In this document: positions 1 through 9,201 of the stretch, one piece after another
Layout: each line of letters starts with the position of its first letter
How positions within the stretch are numbered: position 1 is the first letter of the stretch
From: Peptococcaceae bacterium
GTDB lineage: Bacteria; Bacillota; Peptococcia; DRI-13; PHAD01
Assembly (NCBI GenBank): GCA_040767105.1
Contig: JAXGPE010000007.1
Span: 2,465-66,464, forward strand
Length of the DNA stretch: 64,000 bases
Direction: 5' to 3'
Translations under genes and position numbers: made by a program
The notes under the pieces: model-generated
The model's database searches: none
What the model was told of the DNA's origin: nothing
Seen by the model: only the letters and a program-made list of their open reading frames with translations

Positions 1-1566
1 CGTGGCTATCGAGGACTAATAAGTATGCGCACGGCTATTCAATGGTCCGTTAATACAGCAGCGGTCAAAATGCTTGAAAAAATAGGCATTACAGAAGGAT
101 TTGACTTTGCTCAAAAAATGGGTATCAGTACACTTGTTGCCAGCGGAAAAGCAAATGATATGGGTCTTTCTTTAGCTCTAGGCGGGTTGACAAAGGGGGT
201 CACTCCGATCGAGATGGCTGTTGCCTATGGAACTTTCGCCAACGGCGGCGTCAGGGTCAAGCCGCATGTCATAAGAAAAATTGAAGATAATCAGGGAAAT
301 ATACTCTATGAACACTCTTTCTCCAAAACTGAGGTCATGAGCCCACAAACTGCCTACCTAATTACCGATATGCTCCGCTCTGTAGTAGAAGGCGGCACGG
401 CCGGCAAGGCTCGGATGAACAGACCTGTTGCCGGGAAAACCGGGACAACCTCCTTCGATGTTGATGCCTGGTTCTGTGGTTACACGGCAAATCTATCCGG
501 TGTAGTTTGGATGGGTTTCGATAAGGAAGAAGCTATGAGCGGTGTATATGGCGGAACAGTTTGCGGTCCACTATGGAAGGAGGTCATGACTGTAGCACAT
601 GAAGATATTCCTGTAACCGAGTTTATGGTCCCCGACAACATTAAAACGGTACAGGTCGATTATAAATCTGGACTTTTACCTTCACCTCTCACGCCAGAGG
701 AATTCCTGGTACAAGAATTATTCAACGGGGATCATGTACCTACCGAAATGTCTAATGTATGGATACAACTGCCTGTCTGTGCTGATTCAGGTGAATTGCC
801 TACAGACTTCTGTCCGCATCTGGGAACCGGCATTTTTCTTTCTCGTGCTGTTCCCTGGAGCGGAGAAGCGATCCCTCAGGACGCTGAGTTGGAAGCTCCT
901 ACCGTTTATTGTACATTACATGGAGGATCTGCTGGCACATCTAGCTCCCTTCGTTTACAAGGCTCCGCTGTTGCTGGCGATAATGATCAAGTGAAGTCTA
1001 TCCGCCTTTATTGGACTCATCCAATCGTCAGCTCTTCAACTCTATTTAATGTTTATCGCTCGATAAATGCAAATGTGGCATTGAATGAAAAAAACTTAGT
1101 AGCTCAAATAGGTACAGGAACTTCAACCTGGGAGGATACCGAAATATCTCCCGGAAGCAAATACTATTATGCTATTACAGCTTATGAACCGCAAACCGGC
1201 CAAATCAGCTTTGTTTCTAACGAAATAAATGTATCTACAATGATTAATTTATACGAAGATACTATTTCTGCTCCAATATTAAAAGGCACCGCCTCTTTTG
1301 ATGGCAGCGCCGTCACAGCTGATTTGAGCTGGAGTTTCACCTCCGGCAAAAACACTATTGTTTATTATATTTTCCGTTCAGATAAACCAGGATTTGAACC
1401 TAGCCCGGCAAACCAAGTCGCATTAGGTCAAAACATCAAATCTACCTCCTGGACAGATAGCGGTTTAACCAGGAATAAGCGTTACTACTATCGTATCATT
1501 GCTTTTGATTCAGCAACACAAAAACAGAGTCCGCCTTCAAACGAATTGCAGATTCACACACCTTGA
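1..1566 (+). CDS. Class A penicillin-binding protein (PBP1A), 3' part: transpeptidase, Cys-rich linker, two fibronectin type III-like domains; 5' truncated by window
   Basis: Frame is open from base 1; SxN motif (WSVN), KTGT motif, DAWFCGYT; C-terminal FN3-like repeats (LYW...YYYAITAY; LSW...YYYRIIAF). Confidence 0.9.
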   Translation, partial: RGYRGLISMRTAIQWSVNTAAVKMLEKIGITEGFDFAQKMGISTLVASGKANDMGLSLALGGLTKGVTPIEMAVAYGTFANGGVRVKPHVIRKIEDNQGNILYEHSFSKTEVMSPQTAYLITDMLRSVVEGGTAGKARMNRPVAGKTGTTSFDVDAWFCGYTANLSGVVWMGFDKEEAMSGVYGGTVCGPLWKEVMTVAHEDIPVTEFMVPDNIKTVQVDYKSGLLPSPLTPEEFLVQELFNGDHVPTEMSNVWIQLPVCADSGELPTDFCPHLGTGIFLSRAVPWSGEAIPQDAELEAPTVYCTLHGGSAGTSSSLRLQGSAVAGDNDQVKSIRLYWTHPIVSSSTLFNVYRSINANVALNEKNLVAQIGTGTSTWEDTEISPGSKYYYAITAYEPQTGQISFVSNEINVSTMINLYEDTISAPILKGTASFDGSAVTADLSWSFTSGKNTIVYYIFRSDKPGFEPSPANQVALGQNIKSTSWTDSGLTRNKRYYYRIIAFDSATQKQSPPSNELQIHTP

Positions 1567-3941
1567 TCTTTTTTATTAAGTTCAACGATTGTTACTCCTT
1601 GCCCACCATCATAATAACCTCCGACAGAGACAGAAGAAACGAAGCGATGCTTCTTCAGCATCTCTCCGATTGCGCTCCTCAATACCCCGGCTCCTTTTCC
1701 ATGAATTATCCGAACCTTTGGTAATCCGGCAAGAAATGCATCATCCAAATATTTTTCAGTCTCAATTACCGCATCTTCAGCCGAGTATCCACGCAAATCT
1801 ATCTCTGGCTTGATTGTTTGTGATTTTGCACTCAATATTCTTCCAGCTCCTGTTTTTTCTGCAGGAGCTGTATTTTTTTCCTCCTGAAGCATTATTATTT
1901 CATTCAGCTTAACAGTTGCCTTGATAATTCCAGCTTGTACCAAGACTCCATCCTTTGTCGGATTTTCTAGAACTATTGCTTTTTTACCGATCCTCTTTAT
2001 TAAAACTAAATCTCCTGGGCTTATTTCCTCGGCATTCAGGGCAAGAGATTCATCTGTAGAATATAATTCATCACGAAGTTTTTCTTCCATTGCGAGCAAG
2101 CTGCCTCGAACCTTTGCCAATTCTTCTTTAGTTTCCGGGGCAGCATTTTTTATCTTTTCTTTTATTTCTTTAATTAAGCCATCGCTTTCTTGTCTGGCTT
2201 TCATCGTTATTTCTAAAGCTTCTTTGCGAGCATTTTCTAAAATCCTACCGGATTTTTCACGCAGCTCCTTTTCCCTTTTTTCCAGTTGCTGGATCACTTC
2301 TTTGGCTGCTTTTTTCAGATCTTCGGCCTCAATTCTTTCTTTTTCGGACAAGATCTGATTTGTTTCAAGATTTGCAATCAAATCAGCTGCAAGTATTTCT
2401 TCCTGTGAAATGAATCCTCGCGCTCGTTCGACAAGTTCTTTCTTTAAACCAAGTCTCAAAGATATCTCGAAAGCATTACTCCTGCCTGGAATGCCAATCA
2501 GCAATCTGTAGGTTGGGCGAAGCGTCTCAATATCAAATTCAACGCTGGCATTTTCTACTCTGTTCTGTTTATATGCAAAGCTCTTTAATTCACTGTAATG
2601 AGTAGTTGCTATTGCTTTAGACTTTTTGTAAAGCAGTTCTTCCAATATTGCCATAGCCAATGCCGCGCCTTCTGTAGGGTCTGTTCCTGCTCCAAGTTCA
2701 TCTAAAAGTACTAAAGCCTTTTCGTCAATAAAATCCAGGATGTTAATAATATTTTCCATATGCGATGAAAAAGTGCTTAGCGATTGTTCAATACTCTGTT
2801 CGTCTCCAATATCAACAAATATCTTATCGAATACCGCCAGCTCTGTTCCGATTTGTGCCGGGACATGAAGTCCTGCCTGAGCCATTAAGGTGAATAGTCC
2901 TACCGTTTTTAGCGTTACAGTCTTCCCCCCTGTGTTGGGTCCGGTTATGACCAACACATCGAATTCACCGCCCAGCCTAATAGTTATAGGAACGACTTCT
3001 CCTTTAATCAAAGGATGTCGACCTTGCTTTATACTGATAAACCCCCGATCATTGATCAATGGCATTCCGCAATCCAAATCAGCGCTAAGTTTGGCTTTCC
3101 CAAATATAAAATCCAACATTCCTATATTTTCCGAGGTAGAGAGCAATTCAGGATACTCATTTTCAACTAAAGCAGTAAGTTCTCGAAGTATACGCAATAT
3201 CTCAGCTTGCTCCATAGCTTCGTAGCGATGGATCTCATTGGTCATTTCCACTATTGCCATCGGCTCAATAAACAAAGTCGCTCCGCTTGCTGATTGGTCG
3301 TGGATCAGTCCGGGTAGCTGGCCTCGGTATTCCTGTTTTACCGGAAGAACAAATCGTCCATTGCGCACGGTTACGAGAGAATCTTGCAGATACTTTTGAA
3401 TTTCAGTTAAACGCAGCAAAGAATCCAACTTTTCACGTACCTTAGTATTTTGATTGCGTAAGTGTTTACGTATGCGAGTCAATTCAGCAGAAGCAGTTTC
3501 GTTGATTTCTCCATCGTTGCCAACAACCTTGCGGATATTTTGTTCCAATTTATTTGAAATCAATACACCTTCTGCATATAGAAGGAGTTGTTTGTATTTG
3601 CTGCCATCGTCCATAAAAAATCTTTTAATCCTTCGCGCGGCGCCAAGGGTATCAATAATACATAAGAATTCTGCCGGTTCGAGGACTCCGCCTGCCTTAG
3701 CCTTATTCAGGGATTGCCTGATATCCTTGATCCCTCCGAATGAAAAATTCGGGAAGAGCCTGTCTATTTCTTTTGCTTCAGTCGTTTCATAAAGAAGGTC
3801 CATTATTTTTTCTTTTTCAAAAATAGGTTCCAAAATAGCAGCCTTTTCTTTGCCAATCTTTGTCGAACAATGTCCGATCAATATTTCAACTATCTTGTTA
3901 AACTCAAGCTTAATCAGGACTCTATCGTCAATCTTTTTCAT
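1554..3941 (-). CDS. mutS2: Endonuclease MutS2
   Basis: 795 aa; Walker A GPNTGGKT, QSLSTFSSHM, DELGAGTDP, C-terminal Smr domain (IDLRG...IIHGKGAGVLR). Confidence 0.97.
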   Translation of the reverse strand: MKKIDDRVLIKLEFNKIVEILIGHCSTKIGKEKAAILEPIFEKEKIMDLLYETTEAKEIDRLFPNFSFGGIKDIRQSLNKAKAGGVLEPAEFLCIIDTLGAARRIKRFFMDDGSKYKQLLLYAEGVLISNKLEQNIRKVVGNDGEINETASAELTRIRKHLRNQNTKVREKLDSLLRLTEIQKYLQDSLVTVRNGRFVLPVKQEYRGQLPGLIHDQSASGATLFIEPMAIVEMTNEIHRYEAMEQAEILRILRELTALVENEYPELLSTSENIGMLDFIFGKAKLSADLDCGMPLINDRGFISIKQGRHPLIKGEVVPITIRLGGEFDVLVITGPNTGGKTVTLKTVGLFTLMAQAGLHVPAQIGTELAVFDKIFVDIGDEQSIEQSLSTFSSHMENIINILDFIDEKALVLLDELGAGTDPTEGAALAMAILEELLYKKSKAIATTHYSELKSFAYKQNRVENASVEFDIETLRPTYRLLIGIPGRSNAFEISLRLGLKKELVERARGFISQEEILAADLIANLETNQILSEKERIEAEDLKKAAKEVIQQLEKREKELREKSGRILENARKEALEITMKARQESDGLIKEIKEKIKNAAPETKEELAKVRGSLLAMEEKLRDELYSTDESLALNAEEISPGDLVLIKRIGKKAIVLENPTKDGVLVQAGIIKATVKLNEIIMLQEEKNTAPAEKTGAGRILSAKSQTIKPEIDLRGYSAEDAVIETEKYLDDAFLAGLPKVRIIHGKGAGVLRSAIGEMLKKHRFVSSVSVGGYYDGGQGVTIVELNKKDQGV

Positions 3942-6535
3942 TTACAGAACTCCTCGATAATAATGTCCGGTCGTGAAACCTTCATTTGAAGTTTGTTGCA
4001 GCTCTTTGCATGATTTTTCACTTGGTTTGTATTTTGTTTGATTCTCTGAATAACGCCAAAGCTCGTCAGAATATATTTCGGTTACCCTCTTTACCCAGGA
4101 TTCATCCTCGCGAGTCCCTTCGATACGTAATACCTCTACCCCATTTTCCGCCATTTCTTTTATTGCTTCCAGCATATTCAAGGTTTTAGTATTATAAATA
4201 TGTGTTCGACAATTTTCGTCACACTCAATTGGGAAACACATATTCATTCTATCGCGGAGAGCATAAACTCGGTTCTTACAGGGCATAGAACATGTAGATT
4301 TATTATCTTTCAGCCCGGAAACTATTCCTGGCATACAATGCTCGGTGATCATGAGCTCCAATCGGCCATGAACGATACATTCAAAGCTAAGATCCGGTGG
4401 TTTATTCAAATTACCTATCTGTTCCATCGTGAGTTCCGGCGAGACTGCAAGTCTCGACAAGCCGTTTCTATTTAAGATCTTAATAGTAAAATCATTATAA
4501 GCATTTATGAAGTAATCTCCATATATTTTTTTTACCCCCATGATCGATGCAAGCTCAATCATTCCAGGATTGCCTGCAAGGCAGGCATTCATCTTCGCTG
4601 CTTGACCTGTTTCAAGCATTTTCTTCACTTGCTCGATTTGCTGTTGATTGGCCACGCGCGGTAAGACCAGTACGGCTTCGACACCTTTATCATGGCAAAT
4701 ACTGATCGCGTCTTGATAATCCTCACATAATATACCTTTCTTACTTTGAAGGCTGATACCTCCAAAATAGATTGTTGAGGCTCCTCCTTTAACAGCGTTT
4801 CGCAAAGAAGACATATCACCTACAGCAACAGCCAGGCGAAGCTTTTTTTCACCGGCTGGATTGCGTTTGCTAAATCCATTCTTTTCAAAAAATTGCTTTT
4901 TCCTCTCTTCAAATATTTCCGGTGCAAAATACGGTTTTGTATAAACCTTGATCCGTTCATCTTCTATGGTTCGAACAGCCTTCCTCCTTAGCTCGTTCAA
5001 TTCGCTAAGCGGTACCAAAATTTGTTCGTCACCTTCAAGGGTAATATTTCGCAGGTAAAAAATAGTGTTTCCTAACCTGCCTAGTTGCTTTTTTAAAAGC
5101 TCCACGGTCAATGGCTGTTTGTTTGCTTTTTCTACGATACAGTTTCCCTGCACTTCTGCATTATTACCCAATTCGTCAAATGCTTTTATTAAAGGTTTTT
5201 GTCCTATTCTGGCGATAAATACAACATCCAAGGGACATTTTCTGGTTCCATAAATATTCGCAAATGTTTTTCGGGCCGAATTGATAAGGGCAGCATCTAA
5301 ATTCTTAAAAACTCTATCTCCAGGATATGGATGCCCATTTTCCAACCGAAATGACACTACGCCTCCATCAGCTGAATCAATTTTATGGCCATCCTTATAA
5401 AGGCTTTTAATTTTTCCCGGAATGCGGCCTCCTTTAGTGACCCATATCTCATAACCATCATTAATACTCAATTTCCTTTCCAGCTGGATAAAAACCTCGC
5501 CCGTTCGGTAGTTAAAGGCACTAACTCGTCCAATGTTGATCCCGCGATTGTTTGGTCTTTGATAACTCATTAAATGCTCGCCAGGAGCATACAAGTAATA
5601 GCCGGTTGTGAAATCACGGTTGAAGATCTGTCTTAATTCTATCAGAGATTCTTCAGCTATTGAGCAGGCTTCCATTTTGTTTTCTTCTTGCTCTTGCAGC
5701 TTATCAAGGATCTGACGGTAATTCCTTGTTACGACTGCGACATATTCTGGACGTTTCATTCTTCCTTCAACTTTTAAGGCATCTACGCCCGCATTTTTTA
5801 ATAAAGGTATATGCTCGATCATTTGTAAATCGCGTGGAGACAATAAATACCCTTTTTTATTTCATCCTTTTTTTGGTCAATCAAAGTATACGGTAATCTG
5901 CAAGGCTGTGCACATCTTCCTCTATTACCGCTCCGTCCTCCGATCATACTGCTCATAAGGCATTGCCCCGAGTAAGATACACAAAGTGCTCCATGAATAA
6001 AAACTTCGACTGGCAGAATTTCTTCCTGACAAAGGGCTTTTATATTATCTATTGATAATTCACGTGCCAAAACAATTCTCGAAAAACCCATGCTTTTTAA
6101 GAAATGCATCCCAAATTTGTTGTTTGTACTCATCTGGGTACTTGCGTGTAAACTCATTTCGGGCAATGTGATTTTAAGTGCATATGCCGCGCCTAAATCC
6201 TGGATTATCAGGGCGTCGACATCAATTGAATACAAATCATACGCGTACTGCATGAAATCGTCAAATTCCTCAGAAGCGATGATTGTGTTTATTGTTATAT
6301 ATACTTTCACCCCGTAAAGATGCGCGTAGCGAACGATTTCCTTGATCTCATGCAGTTCAAAGTTATCTGCGCTTTGTCTTGCGCTAAAGCGTTTCCCGCC
6401 AATATATACGGCATTTGCGCCATTTTGTACTGCTGCATAAAATGCATCCTTTGATCCTGCAGGTGCTAACAATTCCATCTTGTTCATCTCACAATGCTTT
6501 TTATTTAATCTGTTAAAAACGCGGGCATTCTCCAA
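3942..6535 (-). CDS. U32-family peptidase / RNA hydroxylation protein with DUF3656-like region (RlhA-like); split by a frameshift near 5840
   Basis: ELLAPAGS, HASTQM, HGALCVSYSGQC, GGRSGNRGRCAQPCR in ORF 5819-6535 continue into LKVEGRMKRPEYV in ORF 3942-5843; break lies next to poly-T tracts; true start probably near 6489 or 6477. Confidence 0.88.
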
Positions 6536-6550
6536 AGCCCCGCGTTCTTT

Positions 6551-7504
6551 TTATGCTCTCTTTATACGAATCAGCCCTGAACAGGGTAATATTTCTATTC
6601 CTTCCTGCTGAAGCTTATCAAGTAACAGATTTATACCCAATGAGTCGCTTGCCATATGTCCAGCAATGACAATATTTATATGATTTTTTTCTGCTTCTTT
6701 ACGATGTTTTTCGCCAATATGCATACCAATCACGGTGCCAACTCCTGCAATGGCAAGCTTTTCGAAGGCTTCTTCCGAACCTCCTGTTCCACCTGTCATG
6801 TCAATAAATATTTTTCCTGCTCTTCTATCTCCTTTTCCAACAACAATTCTAGGCCCAGCGTCCATCTTGGCGGCTTGATTATATTCCGGGACATCTTTTA
6901 AAGTCTTGACAACATCATTTAGTGTCTCAGGTATTTTTTCCTCAAAAAGTCTGGTTAGAAAAGTATTGACCATATTATCAGCAGGTGTATGCACGCACAT
7001 AAAAGGAATATCGAGGATCCTCGCCGAGTCTACAGCACGATTATGATTAAGCGGCATCAACGATCTTTGAACTTCACTTATTCTTGATGATAAGATACCC
7101 TCGGCGACATTGATCGGCACGCCTAAATCAGCCAACATATCTTCCTGCATGTGCATTATCTGATAAAGGTTTATCAATGCTCTCCCTTCCGGGTGATGAG
7201 CAATAACAAGATCGATTTTTTCACCTTTTTCTCTTAAGCGATCAGCCAGTAATATTTCCGCATTTTCAATATCTATTCCAGCAAGAACCTTCTTAACTTC
7301 AATATTCGGATCACCGTATAGGATACGAGTATCATAATATGGATTAGCGAGTCTTTCTATGTCATAAAATTCGCGTTCGTTTTCTTTTGATTCTGCATAT
7401 TGCTTTTTGTTCTTTTCCATCAATTTTGCAAGTTCCGTTTTATCTCGAGGATCATATTCCCATCCAAGGTCAACGAAAAGTTTATATATTTCAGCTATCT
7501 TCAA
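6551..7504 (-). CDS. NIF3-like (NGG1p-interacting factor 3) metal-binding protein
   Basis: IAHHPEG, HTPADN, GHMASDSLG motifs typical of the clostridial NIF3-like family. Confidence 0.8.
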   Translation of the reverse strand: MKIAEIYKLFVDLGWEYDPRDKTELAKLMEKNKKQYAESKENEREFYDIERLANPYYDTRILYGDPNIEVKKVLAGIDIENAEILLADRLREKGEKIDLVIAHHPEGRALINLYQIMHMQEDMLADLGVPINVAEGILSSRISEVQRSLMPLNHNRAVDSARILDIPFMCVHTPADNMVNTFLTRLFEEKIPETLNDVVKTLKDVPEYNQAAKMDAGPRIVVGKGDRRAGKIFIDMTGGTGGSEEAFEKLAIAGVGTVIGMHIGEKHRKEAEKNHINIVIAGHMASDSLGINLLLDKLQQEGIEILPCSGLIRIKRA

Positions 7505-7516
7505 TTAAATCACTCC

Positions 7517-7813
7517 TTATTTGTTATTTTCATTTTTATCTTCATCAAGCATGCCAAGCAAAGCCTCATAATCCTTTTTTAAATTAAATAAATCGTTTGC
7601 AGTATTTAGTGAGGTCAACACAGCAACTTTCACAGGATTTAAGTCAGGACATTTCAATGTTAGTTGTCGCATTTTTGCATCAACATATGCCGCAACGGCT
7701 TCAATATGCCTACCGTCTTCCTCGCTGCGGATAATATATTCCCTATTAAATATATTTACGGCCACTCTGTTTTTTTGAGTAAGATCCTTCTTATCACGTT
7801 CTCTGAAACTCAT
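7517..7813 (-). CDS. zapA: Cell division protein ZapA
   Basis: VAVNIFNREYII...VAAYVDAKMRQL...AVLTSLNTA; ATG at 7813 preceded by GGAAGGAGG; the longer listed ORF runs into the IS end. Confidence 0.9.
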   Translation of the reverse strand: MSFRERDKKDLTQKNRVAVNIFNREYIIRSEEDGRHIEAVAAYVDAKMRQLTLKCPDLNPVKVAVLTSLNTANDLFNLKKDYEALLGMLDEDKNENNK

Positions 7814-7839
7814 AACTGCGCCTCCTTCCGGAATTCCTC

Positions 7840-9136
7840 GTTTTGTAAACTTAAATGAAAATTGAGGACCCGTCATCCTTTCTGGTACAATGTTTTTGCT
7901 ACAAAACAACGTACTCCCAGAAAGGAGCGAGTCCTCGTGCAAAAAATTGTATCATTAAGATGTCCAAGGTGCAACAATACTCATTCATATTTTATCGTTT
8001 CGGCAAAGATGTTGATGGTTACCAAAAGTATCAATGCTGGAACTGTAACCATCAGTTTGCTCCTGACCGACCCGCGGCTAAAGCAACCTCAAAAATATCC
8101 TCGATGCCCTGTCTGTGGCAGCATCCTTTATCCACCATGATTACAAGCATTACTCTAATTTTCGTTGCGGCGATAAACGCTGCAGTCATTCTTTTTCGTG
8201 CCTAAACATACTTCCATAGAACCAACTTCATTATCCGTACTTCTTGGTAAAACCGATTTTAAGCCGGAATGCGTCATCTGCATTTGATTATCACAGCTCT
8301 TTCGATGTTCTACTTCAGGAAACTCTTTTCGTAATATCGCCTTGATATTACGGGTTGCCTTCTAACATCAAGGTTTCTCATACCACGATCAGCAACTGGT
8401 GTAAGAACTTCGCACCTTTGTTCAATAGCTATAGCTTGCATCTCATCCCCAGTCTAAATTTCGACTCTGATGAATGGCATACTGACGAAACTGTAGTTAA
8501 GATCAACGGTGTGAAGCATTATATTTGGTTTATCATTGACGCTGAAACCCGTTTCCATTCTAGGCTATCACCTATCACCTCACCGTGATTCTCCGCGTGT
8601 TTTTTCCTTAATGAATTCCGTTAAATCACTTGGCAAACCAGTCTCCATCGTTTCTGACTGCCATAGCGCCTATAAGGTGCCTGTTAAGTCTATTTTCGAT
8701 GATACAAGGCATATCAGGGTTGAGTCGTTTAAGGATGATATCTCTAACAACATAATCGAATCTTTCCATCACCAGTTCAAAGCCTGGTATAGGACAAAGC
8801 AGGGATTCAATTCTTTGATTCCGCTAACAATTTAATCAGCATGTTTGTGTTCTTCTTTAACTTTGTCAGACCACACTCTTCACTTAATGGTCTTACACCG
8901 GCCCAGGTTGCCGGGCTGAAACTATCGCCAAGAGAAAACGGAAGTTTTTACTTGTAGCCTAAATTATTCTTATAACCATTTCAAAGGCTTGCTCTTGTGG
9001 ATTGTCATAGGGCAAGCTTTTAGCCCTGTTTATTTTACTTTTATAATCCGTAGAAAAGCATTTAGCACTTTTCTTGCGGAATTTAAGCTATGCTGCGTTT
9101 CATTGTGCTAGTTTTTCATTTTAACTTTACGGAGTC
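7840..9136 (+). mobile_element. IS6-family (IS240-type DDE) insertion sequence, about 1.3 kb
   Basis: Direct repeat GAATTCCTC at 7831-7839 and 9137-9145; imperfect terminal IRs GTTTTGTAAACTTAAATGAAAA (left) and GACTCCGTAAAGTTAAAATGAAAA (right, reverse complement); internal transposase. Confidence 0.85.
7937..8962 (+). CDS. IS6-family DDE transposase with N-terminal zinc ribbons (multiple frameshifts)
   Basis: GTG after AAGGAG; CPRC...YQCWNC, CPVC; VSHTTISNW, WHTDETVVKINGVKHYIWFIIDAETRF, IVSD, NNIIESFH. Confidence 0.85.
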
Positions 9137-9201
9137 GAATTCCTCCCCACTTTTTCTTCTTTTTGAGTTAAAGTCCTGCTTAATTAATAAAATCGTGTTC
9201 T

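Noticed and set aside
5819-5870. Possible programmed frameshift or phase variation in the U32 gene at poly-A tracts
   Set aside because: Similar single-base indels occur in thrS, rplT, pheT, aroF and pheA, so sequencing error is the simpler explanation.
7814-7942. N-terminal extension of ZapA in the ORF track
   Set aside because: It is read-through from the IS left end; the strong RBS supports the start at 7813.
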